A stretch of DNA of 56,983 nucleotides, from contig WTCA01000030.1 in the NCBI GenBank assembly GCA_013138805.1, forward strand, positions 1 through 56,983, in the 5' to 3' direction. Below the pieces are notes generated by a model that did no database searches, was not told the DNA's origin, and was given only the letters and a program-made list of their open reading frames with translations. Shown here piece after piece: positions 6,487-14,656 of the stretch; positions within the stretch are counted from its first letter, which is position 1, and every line of letters begins with the position of its first letter. Position numbers and translations under genes: made by a program. This DNA comes from an archaeon (GTDB lineage Archaea; EX4484-52; GLR71).

Positions 6487-8277
6487 TCATTCAACCAAAA
6501 CTCTCAATGTCTTCATCACTATGGCCTGCATGATCTTGTTGCCTGTTTCGGTCTTCTTCTTGACTTTTATCAGGGCCTTCTTGCCGATTGTTGCTGAGAA
6601 AAGGAACTCTTCGCCCTTGTAGATGTCTGCCATCGCGCCGACATACTCTTTTTTAAGGCCTATGTTGATGTAGCCGCCAGATTCTGATGTCTTGTACTTC
6701 GCTGTCTCTTTCAGGGTCTCAACGATAGGCTCTATCGAGATATGGATGCCGAGTTTCTCCTCAATCCCTGATATGTTTGTGCCTTTCCTGCCGATTATTG
6801 ATGACATATCTTCTTTAGGCACGCGGACGATGGCGCGGTTGCCTGAGATTATGCTTATGTCAGGATTTGTTGTGTGTTTCTTGAGAACGGACCTTATCTT
6901 ATCTTCTGCCAGGCGGTTCACGGCTGATGTATCTGTGCCTTTATCCACCGGCATGACCACTGTCTCATCACCGTATGTATATATCTCATGAATAGGTCTT
7001 CCTGTCTCAAAATCAAGGACCTCTATGACCGGCCTTGCAAGATCCTGCTCCACCATGCCGTTTGGAACCTTGACTCTCAGGGAAAGGGACAGGACAGACT
7101 CAATCTTTCCGCCCTTGACAAATATTATAGTATCGACAATCTGCGGTATCATGCCAAGCTCTACCCTTCCTATGAACCTGTGCATGACATCTATTGCCCT
7201 TGTCGCGTGGACCACGCCGACCATGCCGACGCCTGCAAGGCGCATGTCAGCGAATATCCTGAAATCCTTTGTCTGGCGTATCTCATCGTAGATGGTTATG
7301 TCAGGCCGTACAAGAAGGAGTATCTCTGCTGTCTTTGCCATGTCAGACTCTAAAGGTCCGTATTGTGTTATGTCAGGTCCGAGCTGAAGGTCTCTCGGGT
7401 TCTCCATGGTCTTGACTATGTTTTTTTTGTCCTGGTAATATTCTGCCAATGCCTGGCACAGTGTTGATTTCCCGTGTCCAGGCGGTCCTGCAATTATTAT
7501 GCCTTCAGCTTCCTTGTCTATCCTGCCTTTGAGCTTGTCTGTAAGGCTGTAGTTGTCAAGAGACACTTTGACTATGGGCCGTACTGCCGTTATCTCCATC
7601 TTCTCGGAGAATGGCGGCCGTGTTATCGCTATCCTGTATTCCTTGAGCTGGATGACTGATACGAATCTCTTGGAAATTTCCATGAACGACTCATCAGATA
7701 CGCGGTTGAGCTCCATTATCTCGTGCGCGATGTTTTCAAGCATCTCTTTTGTTATGATATCTTCGTTCAAGTTTACCAGCTCAAATGTGCCGGGCTTTCC
7801 TTTCTTTGCCTTGGGGACAGACCCTTCCTTGAGATGAACTGACATTGTCTCTTTGTCAAAGAAGTTTTCCAGGGTGAAGGATTCTATCTTCTCTTTCGGG
7901 AAGTATATGACTTTTACTCCTTCGGCCTCGGCAGTCTTTGCCTGGACCATGTCGCCTGTGAGAAGCGTGGCATTTTCCTCTCTTGCTATGTCTCTTATGA
8001 GGGCATCTATCCTTCCTGACCCTGCCATCCTTATCTCTTCGGCCGTGGGTTTCCTTCCCTGCTGTGTCAGAGTTATGCCCTTGTCCTTTGCTATATTTCT
8101 TATCGTTTTTAACTCATCCAATCCACTGAAACCTATCTCTTTGCCGCGGTTTGCCTGGTTCTCAAGCTCTGAGACGACAAATTCAGGAATTATAAGAGTG
8201 CCTTTGATCTTGCCTTTTAAGATTAACTCCATCACTTTTCCTTCGATTATGGCTGATGTGTCTGGTACGTATTTCAT
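6487..8277 (-). CDS. PIN domain - P-loop ATPase (PilT-like) - KH domain protein (archaeal COG1855 type)
   Basis: N-terminal PIN domain (YVPDTSAIIEG...LLTGD), Walker A GPPGHGKST, and a C-terminal KH-like segment (IIGRKGTNISGIEEKLGIHISI). The ATG at 8275-8277 is preferred over the GTG at 8286. Confidence 0.8.
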   Translation of the reverse strand: MKYVPDTSAIIEGKVMELILKGKIKGTLIIPEFVVSELENQANRGKEIGFSGLDELKTIRNIAKDKGITLTQQGRKPTAEEIRMAGSGRIDALIRDIAREENATLLTGDMVQAKTAEAEGVKVIYFPKEKIESFTLENFFDKETMSVHLKEGSVPKAKKGKPGTFELVNLNEDIITKEMLENIAHEIMELNRVSDESFMEISKRFVSVIQLKEYRIAITRPPFSEKMEITAVRPIVKVSLDNYSLTDKLKGRIDKEAEGIIIAGPPGHGKSTLCQALAEYYQDKKNIVKTMENPRDLQLGPDITQYGPLESDMAKTAEILLLVRPDITIYDEIRQTKDFRIFADMRLAGVGMVGVVHATRAIDVMHRFIGRVELGMIPQIVDTIIFVKGGKIESVLSLSLRVKVPNGMVEQDLARPVIEVLDFETGRPIHEIYTYGDETVVMPVDKGTDTSAVNRLAEDKIRSVLKKHTTNPDISIISGNRAIVRVPKEDMSSIIGRKGTNISGIEEKLGIHISIEPIVETLKETAKYKTSESGGYINIGLKKEYVGAMADIYKGEEFLFSATIGKKALIKVKKKTETGNKIMQAIVMKTLRVLVE

Positions 8278-8366
8278 TGTTATCACTTTTTAAAAATAAA
8301 AAAACATATAAAGCTGTTGTTTTATATTTAATAATATTGGTTATAATCTTTATTAAGTTTGAGATT

Positions 8367-9065
8367 ATGGATACGGTTTTCATTATGGTAAATGGCGGGC
8401 ATATATCAAATAAATTTGAGAGAAAAGTTTCTGAAATTCTTATAAATTCAGGATTATATGAAAAAGCAATAATTTTCAACAATATACATTACAGGTATTC
8501 CACATACAAAGAAACATCTAGCGCAGGCAAGCCTTTGCGCATAAGGATGTTAAAGGGCAACGGAACTGAATATGAAGTAGACCTGGTTGCACTTGGAATC
8601 AATCAAGGCGAGATGGATATAATACAAGCAAGCATAAAGAACAGTCGTTTTGAAAATCTTATACCAGAGGATGTCAATAGTGCGAAACTGCTTGGGTATA
8701 AAAATATAGATAGATATTATTTTGACCAGACCCAATTGAATCTTACAGACAGACAAAAGGCAATGAAAGGTGAATTTGAACATTTCAAAAATACAATAAT
8801 ATATGATTATCTGGACGAGAATGGAAAACTTACAGGCCTACAGAAACAATACCTGATTGTAAAGTCTATTGAAAGGCAGACTGCAGAGAAATCATTGATT
8901 TTCCAAGACCTAAAATTAAACGGAATTGAAATAATCTCAAAGCGTGAGCTTTTAGAAGATATCAAAGAGAAAGGAGAAGTTCCTATTACCTGCATCAGCG
9001 GACTCACTGTCAATGACATGCAAAAAAGTGTGATAGATATAATCAATAGTTTAGATAAAGTCTAA
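8367..9065 (+). CDS. Hypothetical protein (weak PD-(D/E)xK / Mrr-like nuclease-fold resemblance at the N-terminus)
   Basis: An ATG at 8367 (MDTVFIMVNGG) avoids overlap with the divergent gene. FERKVSEIL...GTEYEVDLVALG...IIQASIK loosely resembles restriction-endonuclease-fold motifs. No firm family call. Confidence 0.4.
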   Translation: MDTVFIMVNGGHISNKFERKVSEILINSGLYEKAIIFNNIHYRYSTYKETSSAGKPLRIRMLKGNGTEYEVDLVALGINQGEMDIIQASIKNSRFENLIPEDVNSAKLLGYKNIDRYYFDQTQLNLTDRQKAMKGEFEHFKNTIIYDYLDENGKLTGLQKQYLIVKSIERQTAEKSLIFQDLKLNGIEIISKRELLEDIKEKGEVPITCISGLTVNDMQKSVIDIINSLDKV

Positions 9066-9193
9066 TAAATCATTAACTTCTATTTTCAATAATTCTTTAT
9101 CGCTATTAATGCAGATGAAAATACAAAATAAAAATTAGATAAATTAAAGAAGAAAATAAGAATTTCTAAAAAATAAAAGATACATCAAAATAT

Positions 9194-9201
9194 AAAAAAA
9201 A
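9194..9201 (-). terminator. Oligo-T (T8) terminator closing the minus-strand surface-protein cluster
   Basis: The A8 run on the plus strand is T8 on the minus strand, about 33 nt after the stop at 9234. It sits in a convergent A/T-rich spacer. Confidence 0.45.
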
Positions 9202-9233
9202 GAGCCTGTTTAGGACTTTCCAATCTATTTTTA

Positions 9234-10118
9234 TTATGATGCTATAAGTGTCAATGTACCCAGTGCAGTTTCTCCTGCAGGCATACCGTATGGGATAGAT
9301 GCATGAATAACTATATAGTCTTCAGCTCCAGGTACAAGGTCGTCCTCTCTTATATATGCTAAGTTTCCGCAGAGACCACCACCATATGTCGCATTGTAAT
9401 TGTATTTGTATATATATATCTTGTCGCATGTGCTTGCTGTAGCAATACAGTAACCTGCAAGAGGGCCGTCTGTGCATACAAAAGAGCCCCAAATGCCAGT
9501 GCTGACAGCACCGCATGTTGACAAATCGGATGAAAGGTCACGATTAAAGTCAGTAACATTTTCAGGTACTGTCTTTATTTCAAATACTGTACCTGTGGTA
9601 TTGCAGTATCCATCTGTGCCGTTCTCAACTTTCCAGAGATATTCATTTCCTGATGCATTTCTATACCATCCGTGCCCGAAATTTTCTGTTGCTGAGTTAA
9701 GGTCAAGAACCTCACCTGCAAGGATTGATGAAATATTCCATTCAAGCCTGCCTGCATGGTAATAAGTAGCATTTGTTGAGTTCCTTACAAATATCATGCC
9801 TGCTGCGGAATATGCACTAGCAGTTCCTGTAGGAAGAGGATTTGTCGATTCATCTGCGTCTGTGCTTGTATCCAGATACATGTTGGTTACATTTAAAGAA
9901 CCTGTATTTCTGATAGTTATATTTGAGACACCAGCAGCTGAATCTTCTCCAGGATTAAGGGTCCATGTAAAAGTGTTTGGAAGGACAACTATAGCTCCGA
10001 CAGAGCTTATAGTAATATTCACAGTCAATGTATCGTCTGCTGCGAAGGTCATAGGACCCGTAATCAAAGCCAAAACAATAATAGCTAATACAATCTGCAA
10101 TATAGATATCTTTTTCAT
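9234..10118 (-). CDS. Secreted Cys-rich, sequon-rich protein without membrane anchor (hypothetical; last gene of the cluster)
   Basis: Sec-type signal MKKISILQIVLAIIVLALITGPMTFA/ADD. Many N-x-S/T sequons and 8 Cys in the C-terminal half. No C-terminal TM. ATG at 10116-10118. Confidence 0.7.
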   Translation of the reverse strand: MKKISILQIVLAIIVLALITGPMTFAADDTLTVNITISSVGAIVVLPNTFTWTLNPGEDSAAGVSNITIRNTGSLNVTNMYLDTSTDADESTNPLPTGTASAYSAAGMIFVRNSTNATYYHAGRLEWNISSILAGEVLDLNSATENFGHGWYRNASGNEYLWKVENGTDGYCNTTGTVFEIKTVPENVTDFNRDLSSDLSTCGAVSTGIWGSFVCTDGPLAGYCIATASTCDKIYIYKYNYNATYGGGLCGNLAYIREDDLVPGAEDYIVIHASIPYGMPAGETALGTLTLIAS

Positions 10119-10184
10119 AATGATTACCTTTCGAAGGTTTTATAACATTATTTGGGTTAAGGAGAGTATATATATATTTCGGTT

Positions 10185-11510
10185 TTATGACATACTTGTA
10201 TCCTGAAACTTTTTCGCCATTTCATCCTTTTTCATGCTGCGCTTATGAACATATACTGCAATCAGAGATACGGCAATTATGACAATCATAGCAATCATAA
10301 GCAAAAGCATTGGCGCTCTTGATAAAAGTGAATCACTGCTTCTTAAACGCGCAAGCTCAATCACTGCAAGCTCCAGATGCCCTCTTGTATCTTTAAGATA
10401 TGCACGCACCTGCCCGTAATCTTTAAGGTCGTGGTAGTCTTTTGCAAGAATCAATGCTGAATCGGCATCATCTATATATCTTTCAAGAAGAGTCGTGTTT
10501 CCCCCAGCAAGATAAAGCGAATGGGTCTCATCCATAAGGCGCGTTATGATATACCTATAATTCAATATCATATCCATAAGGTTTTCATCAAGAAGCAAGG
10601 ATCCTACAACAACATCAATATGACCTGTCCTTTCTATCCTGTTTGCAATAACCTTAAAATCCATAGGGTATATGCCATCCTTTATACCTGCCGGAACATC
10701 AAGAGTTATCATAAATATTGCAGACTGTCCTCCTTTCAAGGTCTGTATGTTCATCGGCTGCGCACCAACTGCGATATTTCCTATGATACGCGGAAGGAGC
10801 AACAAGCGCCTCAAAGTCATCGTACCTGTGTTATTCACCAGGATATACACTACAGAAGTATCTCCGGACATGACATAAATTTTATCCGGATGCGATAATG
10901 TTATCATTGTCCGGCCATAATCATACAGTTCAAAATCCAATGCTGAAAAGATATCACCTAAAAATCCTGAGCTCGGACTGGTGCTTGATCCGCTACTACT
11001 ATCTGAATCTGAATCATCATCATCGCCGGTACTATCACCAGGGTCAATAGGAGGAACATACGCATAATATGGCTCTACATAAAAAGAGCCCCAGGCATCG
11101 GCAGTACTATCTCCATAAGACACCATGACATGTGCCCAGTAAAAGCCATATGCCACTGGAGTATATTTCAATGTCTCAAAAATTCTGTCCCCAGGCCCCA
11201 TAGATGCTGTGTGACCTATACGGTTTGCAATCACAGTCATATTTGCATCATATGTGCCAATCTGCAATAGTGTCTTTTTTATATAGGGAGTGCTTCCTGT
11301 GTTTCTAAATTCTATATCAAAATCCATATTTGAATATTGGATGGCCTCTGCAGGATACCCAAGATAACTGATCTTGCCATATTCCATAGGATTTATGGAA
11401 ACATTTACTTCACCCAGCAAGATATTTCCTGTTATGGATGGATGATCCTGAAATATGATAAAGATGCAGATGGTGAAAATAAATAATGCAAGATATCTGT
11501 TATTATCCAT
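10185..11510 (-). CDS. Membrane-anchored surface protein: N-terminal TM/signal, two CARDB/NEW3-like beta-sandwiches joined by an acidic Ser/Asp linker, helical stalk, C-terminal TM
   Basis: Linker DPGDSTGDDDDSDSDSSSGSS. NEW3-like motif VPAGIKDGIYPMDFKVIAN. C-terminal anchor MLLLMIAMIVIIAVSLIAVYVHKR. The ATG at 11508-11510 overlaps the upstream stop by 8 nt (ATGGATAA). The track start at 11531 is a TTG. Confidence 0.7.
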   Translation of the reverse strand: MDNNRYLALFIFTICIFIIFQDHPSITGNILLGEVNVSINPMEYGKISYLGYPAEAIQYSNMDFDIEFRNTGSTPYIKKTLLQIGTYDANMTVIANRIGHTASMGPGDRIFETLKYTPVAYGFYWAHVMVSYGDSTADAWGSFYVEPYYAYVPPIDPGDSTGDDDDSDSDSSSGSSTSPSSGFLGDIFSALDFELYDYGRTMITLSHPDKIYVMSGDTSVVYILVNNTGTMTLRRLLLLPRIIGNIAVGAQPMNIQTLKGGQSAIFMITLDVPAGIKDGIYPMDFKVIANRIERTGHIDVVVGSLLLDENLMDMILNYRYIITRLMDETHSLYLAGGNTTLLERYIDDADSALILAKDYHDLKDYGQVRAYLKDTRGHLELAVIELARLRSSDSLLSRAPMLLLMIAMIVIIAVSLIAVYVHKRSMKKDEMAKKFQDTSMS

Positions 11511-12180
11511 ACCTATATATCCTCCATGCAAGTATAATTATCAATGCAAGACCAAATATTACAAATGCTGTCTTAATTGTTTCGGGCGAAATAATAATAT
11601 CTGATCTGCCGGCAGGTTGCGCATCAATAAATTCTCTGACAATTTTCGGGTTTATATCAACTGAAACTGTTTTTGGATCCATATGTATATTAGGCATATC
11701 CTGATATAAGCCTTTCACTACATCAATATCAAAAAAGAACAATCGCTCCTGCTTCAACGAGAACCCGGATGCATTCCCAGGACTGCCTGCAACAGCTTTA
11801 ATAATCACTGTCTTTTTTCCGGGAATTTCATATTCAGGAACAGACACATAGATATCTATCAAAGATGCTTCTATCGTTTTCTTAAGTGAAGGAAGATATA
11901 TGTGTTCAATGTTTCCAACAGCTGTGCTATTAAGATAGAAACTGTCAGGATTTGATATGACAGTCCAATTATCAGGAACCTCTATATTTTCTAATTTTAC
12001 ATCATAACCATAATCGCCAGTATTCCAGAACAGAATAGCAAACATCACAGTATTTCCGGGAGATGTGTCCTGAACTGCTGATTTCTGCAGAGTCCCAAGA
12101 TTGAATGCGCTTACAGGTTCCAATAACATAAATGCAAAAAAGATTGCAAATACGATAAAATTACGGTTGCGGATCACCAT
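11503..12180 (-). CDS. Small type-I surface protein (signal peptide, NEW3/COG1470-like beta-sandwich, C-terminal TM)
   Basis: Signal FAFMLLEPVSA/FNL. Motif GNTVMFAILFWNTGDYGYDVKLENIEVPDNWTV. C-terminal anchor AFVIFGLALIIILAWRIYRYG. The ATG at 12178-12180 overlaps the upstream gene by 20 nt. Confidence 0.7.
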   Translation of the reverse strand: MVIRNRNFIVFAIFFAFMLLEPVSAFNLGTLQKSAVQDTSPGNTVMFAILFWNTGDYGYDVKLENIEVPDNWTVISNPDSFYLNSTAVGNIEHIYLPSLKKTIEASLIDIYVSVPEYEIPGKKTVIIKAVAGSPGNASGFSLKQERLFFFDIDVVKGLYQDMPNIHMDPKTVSVDINPKIVREFIDAQPAGRSDIIISPETIKTAFVIFGLALIIILAWRIYRYG

Positions 12181-14656
12181 TCATAACACCCTGTATAAAT
12201 ACAGTCCCATTATAATCAGCAGCAAAAATTGGAGGCACATTTATCCAATACCATGTTGTGAGATTTGTCAGGGGAGGCACATCAATCTTTAAAGGCGCAT
12301 AAGTATCTGTCATGTTATATGAAGTCGCATATGAATCTGAAACATTGTTCCATGTAAGATTTCCCACACCCAAAACATAACCGACATCATTGTCTTCCAT
12401 ATCTGTCCCTTTTATGTAAAGGTCAGTATTGCAGCTGCCATCATTTATTGTAATATTATATAGATTATTATCATTACCTAATGCAGGATTCTCATATGTA
12501 TTAGGCGTCAAAGGATCATCAAAGTCTATAGAGGACCAGGTAACTGTAAGATCCACTATGCAGGGCACCACCTCTATCTCTGAGGATAGTGTATTGTTTT
12601 TAGTTGTCCATCCCGAATCCGAGCTGAAATTGACATCAAGCTTCCAAAAGTCCAGCCCAGGATCTGTCGCATTCAATACCCATGTGATATTGCAGTATTC
12701 ATTTTCAGACAAAGGGTTTGTCGGGCAGGACTTTGTAGATAAGGGTGATACCTCATCAATAAATAAGGGTTCTGCACCTTGCGTAATGTTTATTGGTGTG
12801 TCCGGATTTTCCGATGTCTTGTTGTAACGGATTGTGGCTGACACATCACCGCAGCTGCCCTGTCTGCATATAACTGTTGCATTTACGATGAATGTTGTAT
12901 TTTGAATAATCGCAGTTGTGAAAGATGTGCTTGGCTCTTCAAGCACTAATTCAAGAGTTGTGTTGAATGAGAAGTATACAGTTGTGCTGTTGAGGTTTCC
13001 GGCAGTATCGTTCGCATAGACTGTTATGCTGTTGATACCTTCTGTTGCTGTTATTGTCGTGTTCGGGCTAAAGGTAACATTAGCATTGCCGTTAAGGCTG
13101 TATCTCCATGCATCTATATCTTCATCTGCACTGACATTCAGGTCTATCTGCTTATCTTTGTATGTTATGTTATCAGGAGATGCGATGTAAATTGTCGGCA
13201 ATGTTATATCAACTGAGAAATATATTGTGACTTCTGAAACATTCATATTTCCTGCAGTGTCATTGCATGAATATGTGATATAGTGACCTGATTCAGACAG
13301 GCTTTCAACAAGGATGTACCAGTCTGCTGCGGATGTGTTTGACATTGTGACATTTGCTGCGCCGTCTAAAGAATAACCGCACCAGTCACCGTCTTCATTT
13401 AATGTCAGGTTTGCCCAGACAGATGTTGAATTATAAGACCTGTTCAAGGGAGATTGTATAGTTATTTGGGGAGATGTTGAGTCAATTGTGTTGAAACTGT
13501 ATATATCTGAAACATTCATATTTCCTGCAGTATCGTTTGCGTAGACCCTCCACTGTATAGTACAGCCGGTAGTTGAGTTTATCCACTTGCTCACATTTGA
13601 CCAGTTTCCTGTGCCGGTCATTTCAATGTAGCTGTCGTTTTCAAAGGTGCCTGTGCAGTTATCGAATGAGAAGATGTAACCTGCGAGTTGGATGTTGTCG
13701 GTCCAGTAAAGGCTGAAGAGTGTGTAGGCTCCGGCTTCTGTGGAGTTGGTCTGGTTGAGGGAGTATTGAGGGTCTGTGAGGTCAACAGTAAAATATATTG
13801 TGACTGCTGATGAATTCATGTTCCCTGCAGTGTCATTGCAGGAATATGTAATGTTGTGAGATGATTCTGACAGGCTTTCAACAAGGATGTACCAGTCTGT
13901 AGCGGATGTATTTGACATGGTTACATTTGCTGCGCCGTCAAGACTGTAGCCGCACCAGTTACCATCTTCGTTCAAGGTCAGGTTTGCCCAGACAGATGTT
14001 GAGTTATAAGATTTATTAATCGGGGACTGGACTGTAATTTCCGGTGCCACTTCATCCTGATATTCTAATACAAGATTAATATCATCCCAAAAATTCCTGA
14101 TCAATGGTGTATCTGCGACAGATGTTTCAACATAATTATACAGCTTTATCCTATAAGTTCCATCGGAGGAGAAATTGTTGATGCCTACATCTATAGATTC
14201 AGAAGAATATGCTGCATCATCTGCTGTTGAAGACCGTGAGAAAAGCATTACCTCTGAACTGTCAGGCTTTATCAGAAACACCTTTATCAGATTTGTGGTG
14301 GGTGCTGCAAGATCCCATGTCTGCTTATATGAAAAAGGCACTGTAGCTGAAACAAGTGTTCCCGGATTAGACCATACACCGCCATCATTTGTAAGATTGC
14401 CGACAACTGTATATCCTGTGTCAGCCTCACTGTCATTAGCTTTAAGATACCAGACACCGGGGTCATCATCTCCGCCTGAGACATTAAATTCTGATGTTGC
14501 TATATCGCCTGAGTCATCTTCAGAATATGTCCAGCCAGTTGAGCTTCCGGAAGTAAAATTACCATTCACGACAAGATTCTGCTGAAGAGAATAGATTGAA
14601 GGCATCAGTACAGATAAGGTTGATATTAAAAAAAACAGAAGAAATCTCTTTTTCAA
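12161..14656 (-). CDS. Secreted 831-aa protein: N-terminal CBM/lectin-like jelly-roll, then Ig-like domains including a near-identical internal duplication
   Basis: Signal KKRFLLFFLISTLSVLMPSIYS. NGNFTSGSSTGWTY resembles CBM4/9-type openings. No C-terminal TM. The TTG start at 14654-14656 overlaps the upstream TGA (TTGA). An internal ATG would delete the signal peptide. Confidence 0.7.
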   Translation of the reverse strand: MKKRFLLFFLISTLSVLMPSIYSLQQNLVVNGNFTSGSSTGWTYSEDDSGDIATSEFNVSGGDDDPGVWYLKANDSEADTGYTVVGNLTNDGGVWSNPGTLVSATVPFSYKQTWDLAAPTTNLIKVFLIKPDSSEVMLFSRSSTADDAAYSSESIDVGINNFSSDGTYRIKLYNYVETSVADTPLIRNFWDDINLVLEYQDEVAPEITVQSPINKSYNSTSVWANLTLNEDGNWCGYSLDGAANVTMSNTSATDWYILVESLSESSHNITYSCNDTAGNMNSSAVTIYFTVDLTDPQYSLNQTNSTEAGAYTLFSLYWTDNIQLAGYIFSFDNCTGTFENDSYIEMTGTGNWSNVSKWINSTTGCTIQWRVYANDTAGNMNVSDIYSFNTIDSTSPQITIQSPLNRSYNSTSVWANLTLNEDGDWCGYSLDGAANVTMSNTSAADWYILVESLSESGHYITYSCNDTAGNMNVSEVTIYFSVDITLPTIYIASPDNITYKDKQIDLNVSADEDIDAWRYSLNGNANVTFSPNTTITATEGINSITVYANDTAGNLNSTTVYFSFNTTLELVLEEPSTSFTTAIIQNTTFIVNATVICRQGSCGDVSATIRYNKTSENPDTPINITQGAEPLFIDEVSPLSTKSCPTNPLSENEYCNITWVLNATDPGLDFWKLDVNFSSDSGWTTKNNTLSSEIEVVPCIVDLTVTWSSIDFDDPLTPNTYENPALGNDNNLYNITINDGSCNTDLYIKGTDMEDNDVGYVLGVGNLTWNNVSDSYATSYNMTDTYAPLKIDVPPLTNLTTWYWINVPPIFAADYNGTVFIQGVMNGDPQP
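13240..14025 (-). repeat. Two near-identical ~210-nt coding segments spaced 573 nt (191 aa) apart inside the 831-aa gene
   Basis: Compare 13240-13450 with 13813-14023, for example ggtttgcccagacagatgttga at 13408 and 13981. Protein copies: SPINKSYNSTSVWANLTLNEDGNWCGYSLDGAANVTMSNTSATDWYILVESLSES versus SPLNRSYNSTSVWANLTLNEDGDWCGYSLDGAANVTMSNTSAADWYILVESLSES. Confidence 0.85.

Noticed and set aside
8183-8482. 99-aa minus-strand ORF, and the 37-codon upstream extension (8256-8366) of the plus-strand hypothetical gene
   Set aside because: Both lie over the divergent A/T-rich promoter spacer and overlap the PIN-ATPase-KH start. The translations are Ile/Leu/Phe/Lys-rich strings typical of AT-rich non-coding sequence.
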